From the NCBI GenBank assembly GCA_964106915.2, contig OZ066928.1: a stretch of 63,396 nt of DNA; one strand, given 5' to 3'. This document shows positions 51,001-63,396 of this stretch, piece after piece. The translations under genes were made by a program, and so were the position numbers. The stretch is from Podarcis gaigeae (Eukaryota). Positions within the stretch are counted from its first letter, which is position 1. Each line of letters starts with the position of its first letter. The notes under the pieces are model-generated. The model searched no databases, was not told the DNA's origin, and worked only from the letters and a program-made list of their open reading frames with translations.

Positions 51001-53830
51001 TGAAGCAACTTAAAATAGAGTCTATAAAGTCCAAAAATACAATAAATGGCAGATAGATAAACTGAAATGCTAAAATGCACTTGGCATTCATTGGAGGTGT
51101 CTGAAACTCTGGCGAACCACTGCCAGTCAGTGCTGACAGTACCAGCCTAGATGTGCCAATGGTTTGAGTCAATCTGTGTCTTATGAAGACACTTATGCAG
51201 TCTGAGCCCTTTGCTGTCAGGAAAACAGTCAAACTGCTTTGCAGGTGGCTTTGTTCATCTTTTTCTTTTTTTGCTTGGAAAAGTTCCATAGAAGGGCACT
51301 CATACAACAACAAAACGCACCTCGGCGTGATCGCTTTTGGTATCTCATTGTTAGTGTTTATTTAGGCAAAGGTGCTCTCATTAATGTCTCTGTGCCAGAT
51401 GGTCTCATCCCATGATACCCCATATAAAATATAATATATAAGCATCTGTATCAATAATTCAGCCTGCATGGCATAAATCAGTCACATGGCCTGTTCCAGC
51501 AGATGGGGAATGCCCTTCGATTTTCATACTAATAACCTAATTCATAAAACATTATTTTGCTTATTTCCATATCATTTTCATATACGTTAGAAGGGGAAAT
51601 GCTGAGCTCACCCTTCTATCTTGCATAATTATGTGTCTGTATCCATGCAGACGTTAAAGATGAAGGGGAGAAAAATGAGATTTCTGCAATCCCTGTGGTT
51701 GTCACTATGTAGAACCGGGGTGGGGTGGGGAGCAGCCTGTGAACCTCCAGATGTTACTGGACTCCAACTCCCATCAGACCCAGCCAGCACAACCAATAGT
51801 CACAGATGATGGGAGTTGGAGTCCAGCAATATCTCGCAGGTTTTCTGCCCCAGATGCAGAAGGAAATATTGATAAACCTATAGGTTGCTTGAGCCCAGGG
51901 GCAAATTTGCACAAACTTTTTGGGGAAGTGAGAAGTGTGTTATTCCCTTCATGGATTAAGATCTCTTGTGAATGTACTCCTTATTCTGAAATCTATATTA
52001 AGCCACACCACAACAGTTGTCTGTGTGATGGTCTGCCTTCCAAACTACCTAGCTAGCATCGGCAGAAGAAGTACTATGAAAGAGCTGATCTGTTGTGGTG
52101 AATGGGGTACTTCCCTACCAACCTCTTGATGCCCACAGCCAGGCCCCACTTGCCTGTCTTCTTTCTTACACCCAGTTCAGGGGGTGGCACTGTCTGTGGC
52201 AGCGTATACTTCCTTAGTCTTAGATGAGGCAAAACAATAATTAGTTGGCTGCACCTGTCACTGGCTCTGGCACCACCTGTCGCTGGCTTCCCTGCCTTCT
52301 ACCCTATCACTTCCAAGGGGCACCAAAAGGGAATGACACACCTGCCGGAGAACTGGGTAAGAGAAGACAGGTTAAAAACAACACTTTTCTCCCAGTTGAG
52401 AAAGCAGACAAAGCCTTTGTGGTCTGGTGCAGAAGCCTTAAATAATGTAACCAGCTCCAGTTTTTCTCCCTCCTAGATGCTGCTGAATGGGCAAAATGTT
52501 TTTTAGCAAGTTACTCACCAAAGATGACCTCTCTTCAAATTAGTCTACAGTTGGCATACTTCAGCTCCTTTGAATAAGTATCGCCTTTCATGTTTGAAGC
52601 AGGCAGCCTAAGGAAGTGAAGTTTCTATCTGTGTTGAGAAAGAGGAGATCTGGTTGCATTTTAAGAATGACTTATCAGGAAAGCTATGGGGAGTGACCTA
52701 TTTCAGCCACACTTATACTTGGAATATGTTTTATGCATTATCATTCATGCTACTCTTATTGTTTAAATTAAAAGAAGAAAGAAATAGTAGCTGGGAAGGT
52801 ATGATCTGCAGGGAACTGTGGCATGGACCAAAGTCCTCTCATGTTTGCCTCCACTAATAATTACTCCACCCCACCCCCCAACCTACTGTTTGCAACAAAC
52901 AGCATCTTCATGCATGAATAGGAACTTGAACCAACTTTATAAGCAGTGCTATTTTTCTAGAAAAACAGGTGCTGGAACTCACCATGAATGCCTTCATTGT
53001 TCTCTTATGGCAATGGTGACCACCTGAGAGGTGCTGGAATTGAGTTCTGGTGAGTTCTGTCTGAAGAAAACTCCTAATTATAAGGCCCTTGAACTCCAAT
53101 GTAGATTAATTTTCTAATATTTTTGCAAACCACTTTGAGGTTTTTTACAATCAAGTGGTGCATAAATTTTGTGGAATAAATAAAATAAGTTTCATGCTAA
53201 TCATCAACCAGTCTGGAATCTGATCAGAAAGTATCTGTGAGTGGTGGTGACATATTGAGTGTCCAGCTCTCCTCCCCCCTCCATATATCTTTCAGTTTTC
53301 ACCAGCAAACAGCAGGCTTTGAGGAGGAAGGATGCCTCTGAATACCAATAATAACAATTGGGGGAAATGCTGTTGTGCTCATGTACACTTCCTATCAACA
53401 TCTGGTTGGCCACTGTGAGAGCAGAATGCTGGACTACATGGCTCTTGGCCTGATCCAGCAAGGTCCTTCTTACATTCTTAATCTTAGCTGTGGTCAAAAC
53501 TCTGTCCTTGTTCTCAGTAAGGCAGTAAATATTTGCTTTTATATTACCACTTGAGACTACAGGCAAAGTCTCTCTCATATACAAGTAACCATCACATTGT
53601 GAGAAGATTTATTTATTTATTTCATAATTTATACATTGATTGTAAAAAAAAACCCAACAACAAAAACTTGAGAGTTTTGGAGTAGGGTCATAGCCTAGTC
53701 CTTCCTCTAGTGTGCTAGTTTTCTGTGCGCAGGGATTTGCTTTGTATAGAGAAGCATTGCACATCAAGACACAGGAAGCTGCTGATAACCGATTTGGGCC
53801 ATTGCTCCATCTGGCCCAGAATGTCTAAAT

Positions 53831-54011
53831 CAGGGGTTGTCAACCTGGTCCTTGGATGTCAACCTGGTTCAGGATTCTAGGTGGGCAGTAGGGGGTTCCA
53901 TGGCACAAGCAGAATCCTGCTTCCATCGAGCACTGGTGGGCAGTAAGAAAATTTTGCCATCAAGAAAGATGCATTAGTGGGCAGTAGGTATAAAAAGGTT
54001 GACTACCCCTG
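53831..54011. mobile_element. Non-autonomous hAT element nested in a tRNA-derived SINE
   Basis: TIRs caggggttgtcaacct / aggttgactacccctg; 8-bp TSD gtctaaat at 53823-53830 and 54012-54019. Confidence 0.92.
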
Positions 54012-57000
54012 GTCTAAATTGACTGCCAGCAGCTTTGCTTAATTTTCAGTGTCTTCCCCAGCCCTACCCCACAGTGCCAAAGATTGAATCTGGAATCTTT
54101 TGTGTGCAAAGTGTGTTCTGTGCCAGTGAGTTGCACTCCTTTCCCACCTGCAGTCTGAAGGGGCACAACTGGCCCCCGCAACAGTTTGCACAGTCCTCTC
54201 GCAGGACTCAGTCCTGTCCATTTCATCAAATCTTGCGTAAGGAGACACAACAGACGCTTCCCCCTGCCTGTGTGTCCCCCTCCCCAAGTTACGAATTGCA
54301 GCATGTTTGCACCATCTTTAAACATGTTCAGATTAATGCACTCAATAGCAACAAGCTTTTCTTTCCATCTGTTTCCCTCAACTTGCTTGTTTTATTGATC
54401 CCATCAATAACAATTATTAAAAGTGTAGGAAACAGTTGCTTAATTAAGTTCAACTACAGTGGAGGGATTGCTTTATCTTCCTCGCCTACTGGTGCTGTTT
54501 TTAAATTGTTTTAAGGTGTAAATTTAAATATATACGCTCAAGCAACTTTGGATGTCAGATTTAACATAGTGGCACATGGTCATTAAAAAACCCCAACCTT
54601 CTGCCTTGCAGTTATAATGATGGGGTTTCTTTTCATGCCAATAAAATGGGTAACTAGGAAGCAAGCTTTTAAAGTGGGGACTATCTGGAGGGGACTGGGG
54701 AAAATAATTTCCTTCCCAGTGCTTCTAGTCAGACATGTTGGATTGAGGGTGGGGTGTTTTAAAATGCTAGTGAAGTACAGGCTGTGACCATTTTGCATGC
54801 ATTCAAACAATGTGCAACTGCCAATGCATGGGTTGCTTTGGACCTAGAGGAGGGCAGAATACAGGTGGGGCGGGCGGGCTTATGCACCCAGGAGACAGAT
54901 ACGCAACCCATGCACAACTCGGGGGTTGCCTGTAGTGTACACAGATTCCGCTCTTGGAATCTTTGTTACCCAAAACCTTGGTTATCCAAACACAAGGAAT
55001 TATTCCCAAACCTCACTACCTGAATGGCAGATCCAGATAGCCAAACAGCCGGAGTTTGCACACTTCTTTGTGCTTTGGTGGCTAACAGCAGCCATTTCAG
55101 GCAGAAAGCAGGGAGGGGGAGGGATATCTGACAAATCAGGGGGCAAGAGAGGTTGAACAAACCAGTTTTTCCCCGGTCTCTCTTTTGCTGGTTGACTGCA
55201 GCCATTTTAGGAGGAAACCATGGGGGGGGGGGGAGAGAGAGAGATCACAGATTAGAAATGTTCCCACAGGAAATAATGGAAATCGCCAGCTTGTTATGCA
55301 AATGCTCACCTAATGAACAATTTCCTGGGAACACATTGTATTTGGAAAGTAGGAACTGTGCGTATTTTGTTTCTACTTTTAACACTGCTAAGCTCTGTTT
55401 CAGAGTTGTGTTGGACTTCTGTATGAAATACAACCAAGAACCTTGTAGCTTTTAAAATACAATGATATGATTCAGACATTAATGCCCAACCATGTTTTGT
55501 GGTAATGTCTAAGCCAACATAATGTGATGGTCTGTGCTTTGCAGATTGCCATGAAAGCAGAATCCCAACCAACACAGTTTCAAGATGGCTTGCAAACATT
55601 TGAGTAAATTGGCTGGAATGCAAACTCTTAACTTAAATTTCAGAAAACACATAACCATCGGGGTATTTATTTGTTCATTTGCACATTTGTTTATCGCAAC
55701 ACCTAATCCCTTTTTATGAAACATCTGAAAACAATATAACAAGGAAAACATTTCACATAAAAAGCAATTAAAACAATTTCATATGTAAAAACCATTTCAA
55801 GTCCAATTCAATTTAAAAAAATAATAATTCCCCTTCAAATGCTTGTTGAAAAAGAATGAAAGACAATGGAGATTGTGTCTTTCTGATATTTACAGGAGAG
55901 AGTTCCAAAGGGTAGCAGCTGCCACTCCCTAAAGTTCATGAATATTGGGATGGTTGCTGGGATGATGCAGATAGAATGAAAAGCAGATATAGGTGTTAAG
56001 TCAATGGGAGAGGGAGGGAGGGCAGGTTGGTTGAAGATGGTTGATGAGTTGACTTGGGGCTGTCCATTGAGAAACTGCACATTACCATGGTTGGCAGCTC
56101 AAAATGCCGGCTCATCTCATAACATCAATACTTGGTATTTTTGAAGTGTTCAGAACACCTTACATATGTTATCTCAGTCATTATTATAACTGTTGTATGC
56201 AGGAGGTAAATATTATCGTCCTTATGCTACAAATTGGGGGAGATGACTGCAGTTGAGAGGTTGTAGCATTTTTGGACTTACATCCCACTTCTCCAGGGAA
56301 TGTAAGAGGCTTACATGTTTCTCACTCCCCCGCCTCCCCACTTCATTTAATCTTATGAAGCAGGTTAAACTGATAATATAGTTACTGGCACAACTCACCT
56401 GATGAGCTTCACTGCTAAATGTGGATCACAGCTTGGGTTACCCCATTCCTAGACCAACACCCTTGTTACTTTTCACTAACCTGGAACATTAATTTAGGTT
56501 GTCCAGTGAAACAATGACAAAGGTGAAATTTGAGCGAAGGACTTTTGTAAAATGAACTCTCACTTAATTTGATGGAACTTGTGCTTTTCAGATTGCACCC
56601 TTAACCACTCTGCTGAAAACACAAAGTAGTGCTACTGTATTATATAAGAGTAACCACCAGGTGTGTGGTGGGTGTGAACACCTTGTAGCCAAATTCTTAG
56701 AAAGCTTTTGTTTTGTTTTGTTTTCTAAACTTCTTCTGTGGTACATGTTAAAGTTTTACAAAAGCTATTAAAAAAGAAACTTCAAATAGAAGGCAGTTCA
56801 TTTCGGCCATGATATCACTCCAGAATTGAAGCATTATAGAAAAGCTAAACAATGCCAAATGGATTTGGCCGAGATCAAAAGCCAAATCTATTTGTTCGCT
56901 TTCATCTTCAGTGTTCCATTTCCTAGGAGTCTGACCTTAGTCAAACATCTATTAAAGTTAGCTTTTTGATCTCCCCCCTTCTTTTTCGAAAAAGAAGGGG

Positions 57001-57796
57001 GGAAAGTCAATCTTGAAAAATTTTCTTCCAAAGACAATCACACTATTGTGTTTTTAATGTTCCACCAGCATCTAAGTAAATAGGATTCTCTGGTGTATGC
57101 GACAGAACACTGGTTAAATGGGACAATCATTTTTGTGTCTTAGACAAGAATCAAAAGGAAGCATTCTTCAGAGGCTGTTAACTGGAACAAGAAAATCCCC
57201 CCTAGGTCACTGGAAACCTGTTAGCTGGTCAATCTATGGCCTGTTTTAGTCCTTTGATTAAAAAAAAAAAAGCTTTGTAATTTGATAACAGGTAGCTTAG
57301 TTGCTTCTAATGTGGTTTCCTCTTCATCAGTCAAAGTTGACGGGTGTTTAATCAGGGAAAAGGTTCATTTACTCCTAAATTATGAGACTTGTAGTCAGGT
57401 TTCAGTACCAGTAGAAAGACAGCCACTACCAGCTCTTTGATCCTCCCCAATAATGTTAAAATGATCACTTTTTATTTACACCTTTAAAGTATTATGCTTT
57501 CTGTAGCATGCTTTCTGTAAATAGTTCTTAGCGTAAATAGTTCTTAGCGTACTAGGTGCTGGGTCTCCAGGTTTGGCAATGGCTAGAGAGGGCGCAGCCT
57601 GCAGAGGACCATAAAAGGAGGCCTGGAGGGTCACATCTGACCCCTGCGCCTGATGTTCCCTGTCCCTGCCTTAGCCTATCACTTCAGAACTGTGTCATTT
57701 ATTAACGATGATAGAGTCATACGTTGATCATCTATAGTGGAAACAAAGCCAAGAAGGGAAGCTTCTAGGTCTAGCTGCTATATAGAGGTCTATATT

Positions 57797-58140
57797 GTTC
57801 TTTCTTCTTTGGCGATCACTCATAGCAAAGTAAGATTGTTTTCCATCAACACGGTTTTAACAGTGAGTTCATAAGTGACTGTGGAGGGCAATTCTGGATC
57901 CGCACATCCTTTCACGATGGGAACATAGGTTGCCAGCGGGAGTTGATCACGGTGAGGATTTGCCAAATGTCCCTTCTTCTTAGATCATTTCTCCCTTTTG
58001 TCCTTCTTCAAAGTCCATGATGCCTTGGTAAAGGCTGTTCTCCAATTGGAGCGCTCACAGGCCCAGTTGTCGGTGTTTATACTACTTTTTTAAAAAAAAG
58101 ATTTGCCTTGAGAGTGTCTTTAAACCTCTTTTGTTTCCCA
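57797..58140 (-). mobile_element. RTE-clade LINE 3' fragment (non-BovB)
   Basis: The minus strand encodes GKQKRFKDTLKANL...ERSNWRTAF with disruptions; (GAA)-rich tail. Confidence 0.7.
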
Positions 58141-58205
58141 TATATGGCATTATATGTTCCCAATAGAGTGGTTGCTATGAAAGATGATAATCAGGTGTGG
58201 GTGGG

Positions 58206-58326
58206 TGGAAGGGACCACAATAATCTTTCGTCCAACCCCATACCATACAGGAATCTTTTGCTCAACATGGGGTTCAAACACACAACCCTGAGATTAAGAG
58301 TTTCATGCTCTATCGGCACTCTAACC
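58206..58326 (-). mobile_element. tRNA-Lys(CTT)-headed SINE with CR1 tail, decayed
   Basis: Minus strand tagagcatgaaactcttaatctcagggttgtgtgtttgaacccca matches the tRNA-Lys body; tail ggggttggac...gtggtcccttcca. Confidence 0.7.
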
Positions 58327-59961
58327 TAGGAATGGGCAACTTGAACACCTCTAGATGCTGCTGGAGTTGCACTTCTGTCATACCTGACTGTGCTGACTGG
58401 GCTTGCTGGGAGCTAGTGTCCAACAAAGTTCTGGAACAGGTCCAGCTCTACAATCAGGCAGAGGGACACAGTCAAAGCCTGAAGCCTCTTCTCAGCTAGG
58501 CTGCTGCCCTCAGGTACAGTTGAAGGATGCTGTCCCATTACCAGTTCCAACACTGATCTGTTCAGCTCCTGCATAGTGAGTGGATGGAAGGGGGCGCCAT
58601 CCTGTCCTTAGCTCAGCCAGCAACTATTTATTGCCCAGCCCTGACCAAGAGAGCTACAAGTTCCCTATCCCTGCTCTAACCAGTACACCACACATGTGAC
58701 ATATTTACTTGGGAGTAAGCCCCACTGTGTTCAGTGGGGTTTACTGCAATTGGAGAGTACATAGGCTTGCAGTTTTTGTTCCTTAGCACCACAGAAACCT
58801 AAGTTCAATGAGTACTTTTATTCTTCGTCTTCAGTTAATGCATTTACCAGGACAGTTGCCACTTTTAAAAAAGAGGTTCAATTATTATAGGACATGGAGC
58901 ACTCTGCTGATTTTCTGGATAGCCAGTCTTTCTTCCCTCTCCCCCTCCTCTCTCTTCAACCCCATCGCCCAAAATCCTTTCTCTGCCTTTTTACATTCAT
59001 CTTTGTGATCCTGAGAACCGAAAGGGGTCAGGCAGTCAACTATACAGAATAAGATAAAGGTCGCTGGAGTGGAGCTCACTAAAAGTATTAAGTATTACAA
59101 TCCTGACAAATCATTCCCATAGCCTAGACTCTAAAAGGAACGGAAAATGTCATGAAATCAATCAACCATCATAAGCGGGTCTCTGAAAAGCAAGCAAGGG
59201 AAAATACAATCTAACCCGGCCTTTTCCTTTCCAACTCTGATTTTGTCATTTCCTCTCAATCATATAACTTAAAAAGATTTTCAGAGTATGAGACGGATGC
59301 ATCTTGTTTACGTTTCATCCATCGTTGATAATATTGTTATTTTACTGATTTTAACATTTTACATGGTGGAATAATATGCCAAGATACATACAAATAGTAA
59401 TACACATACATTTTTACTAGGTTTATTTCAGATTCTGGGACTGAAGTTCCCCTGAGAAGGGCGAGGCCAGATTCCAATCAGCTCCTGATCAGTGCTGGGG
59501 CAATATCATAGGCTGCCTATTAGCTGGACTTAGCCTGGCATCTATCACTTCCACCCTGGCATGTTCAGTCCAAGATCCTAAAACCATCTCTGCCATTTTA
59601 GGACTTATACATAAAGCAGAATGAATTGGTTGAACCAACGAGGGAGCAGTCAGTGAAAACTGCAAGTGGTGGGTAACATTTTTTTTAATACTGCCCCCAC
59701 ATTGCAGTTAACAACTCCAAGCAAAACAGCCAGGATGGAATTGGAACATCAAAGTTTGTATCATAGAGAAGCATTAAAAAAGAAGACACCCACCCCATAC
59801 AGTCATAAGTGATGCAGGCCATTCTGGCACCCCAGAACTCAACCTACTCATTCCCCCTTCTTTCTGATCCATCTGCAAACTAGGTTTCAGTCTCCTCACT
59901 AGTGCTAGGCTGAGCATTTGAAAGACTAAAGGATTAACCTGGATTTTGCTTGATTGAAAGA

Positions 59962-60105
59962 GGGATAGCTGTCAGAAGAGCATGAGACTCTTGATCTAGG
60001 GTTGTGGCTTCGAGCTCCATGTTGTGCAAAAGGTTCCTGCATTGCAGGGGATTGGACTAAATGACCCTGTGGTCCCTTCCAACTCTGCAGTTCTATGAAT
60101 CTATG
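59962..60105 (+). mobile_element. tRNA-Lys(CTT)-headed SINE with CR1 3' tail
   Basis: Head gagcatgagactcttgatctagggttgtggcttcgagctcca; tail ttggactaaatgaccctgtggtcccttccaactct...ttctatgaatctatg. Confidence 0.8.
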
Positions 60106-60320
60106 TGTGTGCAGCGAGAGGGTAAATTTCACCTTTGTCCATTAGTTTCTATACACACCCACACACCTCCATCCAGGCAAGAAGCTTTATCAGAATTAAG
60201 GGAGAAATTTTGAGCCAGGCGAAAACACTCAAGGAAAATACAAAGTAAGGCCAGTGAATGGTAAGACATCAGGAGCAGGAGTGTGGCCTTGGGGAAGGTG
60301 CCTAGACCCAGGTAGAAAGG

Positions 60321-61780
60321 TCATAGAATCATAGAGTTGGAAGAGACCACAAGGGCCATCGAGTCCAACCCCCTGCCAAGCAGGAAACACCATCAGAGCA
60401 CTCCTGACATATGGTTGTCAAGCCTCTGCTTAAAGACCTCCAAAGAAGGAGACTCCACCACACTCCTTGGCAGCAAATTCCACTGTCAAACAGCTCTTAC
60501 TGTCAGGAAGTTCTTCTTAATGTTTAGGTGGAATCTTCTTTCTTGTAGTTTGGATCCATTGCTCCGTGTCCGCTTCTCTGGAGCAGCAGAAAACAACCTT
60601 TCTCCCTCCTCTATGTGGCATCCTTTTATATATTTGAACATGGCTATCATATCACCCCTTAACCTCCTCTTCTCCAGGCTAAACATGCCCAGCTCCCTTA
60701 GCCGTTCCTCATAAGGTATCGTTTCCAGGCCTTTGACCATTTTGGTTGCCCTCCTCTGGACACGTTCCAGTTTGTCAGTGTCCTTCTTGAACTGTGGTGC
60801 CCAGAACTGGACACAGTACTCCAGGTGAGGTCTGACCAGAATACAGTGGCACTATTACAGTGGTGCCCCGCAAGACGAATGCCTCGCAAGACAAAAAACC
60901 CGCTAGACGAAAGGGTTTTCCGTTTTTCAATGCGCTTCGCAAGACGAATTTCCCTATGGGCTTGCTTCGCAAGACAAAAACGTCTTGCGAGTCTTGCGAT
61001 TTTTTTCGCTCCCCCCTTTTTCTAAGCCACTAAGCCGCTAATAGCCTTTTAGCCGCTAAGCCGCTAAGCCTTTAATAGCCGCTAAACCGCTAAAAGCGCT
61101 AAGCCGCTAATAGGGTTGCTTCGCAAGACGAAAAAACCGCTAGACGAAGAGACTCACGGAACGGATTATTTTCGTCTTGCGAGGCACCACTGTGCTTCCC
61201 TTGATCTAGATGCTATACTCCTATTGATGCAGCCCAGAATTGCATTGGCTTTTTTAGCTGCCGCGTCACACTGTTGGCTCATGTCAAGTTTGTGGTCAAC
61301 CAAGACTCCTAGATCCTTTTCACATGTACTGCTCTCAAGCCAGGTGTCACCCATCTTGTATTTGGGCCTCTCATATTTTTTTTTGCCCAAGTGCAATACT
61401 TTACATTTCTCCCTGTTAAAATTCATCTTGTTTGTTTTGGCCCAGTTCTCTAATCTGTCAAGGTCGTTTTGAAGTGTGATCCTGTCCTCTGGGGTGTTAG
61501 CCACCCCTCCCGGTTTGGTGTCATTTGCAAATTTGATCAGGATGCCCTTGAGTCCATCATCCAAGTCATTGATAAAGATGTTGAATAAGACAGAACCCTG
61601 TGGCACCCCACTAGTCACTCTTCTCCAGGATGAAGAGGAACCATTGATGAGCACCCTTTGGGTTCAGTCAGTCAGCCAGTTACAAATCCACTGAGTGGTA
61701 GCATAGTCAAGACCGCATTTTACCAGCTTCTTTACAAGAATATCATGGGGCACCTTGTCAAATGCCTTGCTGAAATCAAG
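60321..61780 (-). mobile_element. 5'-truncated, inactive CR1 LINE interrupted by a MITE
   Basis: (ATTCTATG)-type tail; RT motifs [12 protein letters not shown] and SGVPQGSVL; KFANDTK (catalytic D to N); C-terminal [12 protein letters not shown]-like motif; possible TSD aaggtc. Confidence 0.93.
60858..61192. mobile_element. Young Tc1/mariner-pogo-type MITE nested in CR1
   Basis: 22-bp TIR with one mismatch (cagtggtgccccgcaagacgaa / ttcgtcttgcgaggcaccactg); TA on the left, TG on the right; CR1 is continuous when the MITE is removed. Confidence 0.92.
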
Positions 61781-61899
61781 GTCCTCAGGACTATGGTTCC
61801 CCACCTCTGCTCAGGAAGTTGCCTCCACCTTCAGACCTGTGCTGGCTCCCCTGGCACCCAGTGACAGTCTATCTTCTCTCAAGAGGTAGCATCTGCCTT

Positions 61900-62176
61900 C
61901 AGTGTGGTGTAGTGGTTAAGAGCAGTGGACTCGTAATCTGGTGAACCGGGTTCACTTCCCCGCTCCTCCACATGCAGCTGCTGGGTGACCTTGGGCTAGT
62001 CACACTTCTCTGAAGTCTCTCAGCCCCACTGACCTCACAGAGTGTTTGTTGTGGGGGAGGAAGGAAAAGGAGAATGTTAGCCGTTTTGAGACTCCTTAGG
62101 GTAGTGATAAAGCGGGATATCAAATCCAAACTCCTCCTCCTCCTCCTCCTCCTCCTCCTCTTCTTCTTCTTCTTCT
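61900..62176 (+). mobile_element. MIR/Ther1-derived squamate SINE (Squam3-like) with (CCT)n(CTT)n tail
   Basis: tRNA-like head gtgtggtgtagtggttaagagc; CORE-like gctgggtgaccttgggctagtcac; microsatellite tail. Confidence 0.8.
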
Positions 62177-63322
62177 TGCCTGGTCCTGAGGAAGGCACAA
62201 TCTGCCTCTTGAGGAAAGCATGCGGTAACTAGTGCAGAATTATAGATGGGTTCCTTCACCCCACAATGAGCAAGATTTCTCTGATCTGGAGGGAGGACAG
62301 TTCACTCCAGCCTGTTTCTGAAGGAAGCCAGGAGCGGCTGCTCTCATCTCTGAGGGGTATGGGACCCAGAGACTGCAACATGGCTCCCCCCTCCTATTTT
62401 CAATATGGCATTGTGCATTAACATTTCATACCACCAGATGTTTCATTGTTCTTGCTTTCTGAATGTCTCACTTGACCCACAGCAGGTTTGAATGTGGATA
62501 TCGCATACAACTGGTAGAGCACCCAGAAACCAGGCACAATTTGGACTTGAAATCATAGCGGCGCCAGAGCCTTAGTGGTTTTGTGTGTTTTCTCCCCCTT
62601 TTGAATGTTTCCAGTTACAAATAGTTTGATAATTTAATTAAATGTTTTGTTTTGATATGAGGGACTGCAGTGCAGGCGGTGTGGCTTGCCATTCAATTTT
62701 AATTAATTAATTGCATACCTCAAGATTAGATTACTCATAGCTCCTCTTTAGTTAATTTACTCGTTCACAGTTTTGACAGAAAAGCTTTATGAATAATGCA
62801 GAGGGATGGGTACCATCTAACCAATTACTAAACTTTGGGGGGGGGGTGAGGATTTAGTTAGAGAACAGTACTACCTTCCATCATCATCCATAATCTATAA
62901 ATATGAATGCAAAATACATATAAGTACGAATATATGTGTGAATATCTATCAGGGTGCCCACCGGGTTCTATAACTCCATTTGCACCAGGTTACAAATTAT
63001 AATTGTTGTGTGAGTCTTGCTTCACTTCCTCAAGCAACTGCCCACATTATTAATGGCTGAGAGCCATTATGGCAATGCACTGCTTCCTGTGTTGGAGGGA
63101 ATAAGCCAAACATCACAAGTGGGGAGAGTGTTATTGTGTTCATATCCTGTTTGTAGGCATCTCAGAGGCATCTGATTTGCCACTGTGAGAACAGGATTCT
63201 GAATTAGATGGCCCTTTGGTCTGAACCAGCAGGGATCTTATGTTCTTAGGCAAGTTGAAATGACAGAAAAGACAGTTTGGTCATTTTGTTTAAATAATTT
63301 TTCTCTCTATTTCTGTGGCTAG

Positions 63323-63396
63323 GTCTAACAGCAGCTGCCATGGCAGAGGCGATGAAATTGCAGAAGATGAAGCTGATGGCCATGAATAGCCTTCAT
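63323..63396 (+). CDS. DACH2: Next DACH2 coding exon, cut off by the window end; (G)LTAAAMAEAMKLQKMKLMAMNSLH
   Basis: Acceptor tttttctctctatttctgtggctag ends at 63322. The phase-1 junction G|GT joins the 17792-17907 exon in frame. AAAMAEAMKLQKMKLMAMN matches recalled DACH2; DACH1 has a poly-Ala run and AEAMKVKKIKLEAM here. Confidence 0.95.

Larger units (their letters stand above)
17908..63322 (+). other. DACH2: DACH2 intron (45,415 bp, GT-AG, phase 1)
   Basis: Bounded by the two in-phase exons; no other convincing DACH2 coding sequence seen between them. Confidence 0.85.

Noticed and set aside
59962-60030. Functional tRNA-Lys gene
   Set aside because: D-arm and anticodon region are mutated and it is fused to a CR1 tail; it is a SINE head.
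61023-61110. Short repeat array resembling CRISPR or telomeric repeats
   Set aside because: 8-nt units without unique spacers, inside a MITE, in a vertebrate genome.
61899-62259. Poly-K/R and poly-E ORFs
   Set aside because: Translations of the (CCT)/(CTT) SINE tail.

Overview
This is vertebrate nuclear DNA, not prokaryotic. The Sauria SINE, BovB, CR1 and Penelope repeats point to a squamate, most likely a lacertid lizard. The window lies inside the dachshund homolog 2 (DACH2) gene on the + strand. It holds two coding exons that the ORF track misses: 17792-17907 (SRPGRPPKRSLGV...LISPT) and 63323 to the window end (GLTAAAMAEAMKLQKMKLMAMNSLH). They are joined in phase across a 45.4-kb GT-AG intron. 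The rest is intronic. It contains young 5'-truncated LINEs with target-site duplications (BovB with an intact RT frame, L1, CR1), five Sauria SINEs, tRNA- and 5S-derived SINEs, hAT and Tc1/mariner-pogo MITEs (several nested), microsatellites, two N gaps, and repeat-free blocks that look like developmental enhancers. The most unusual item is a 164-bp Penelope-like mini-insertion with a 14-bp TSD that carries an intact minimal hammerhead ribozyme on the - strand (27523-27566). Most short ORFs in the track are spurious. Family names come from recalled consensus sequences, not from database searches.
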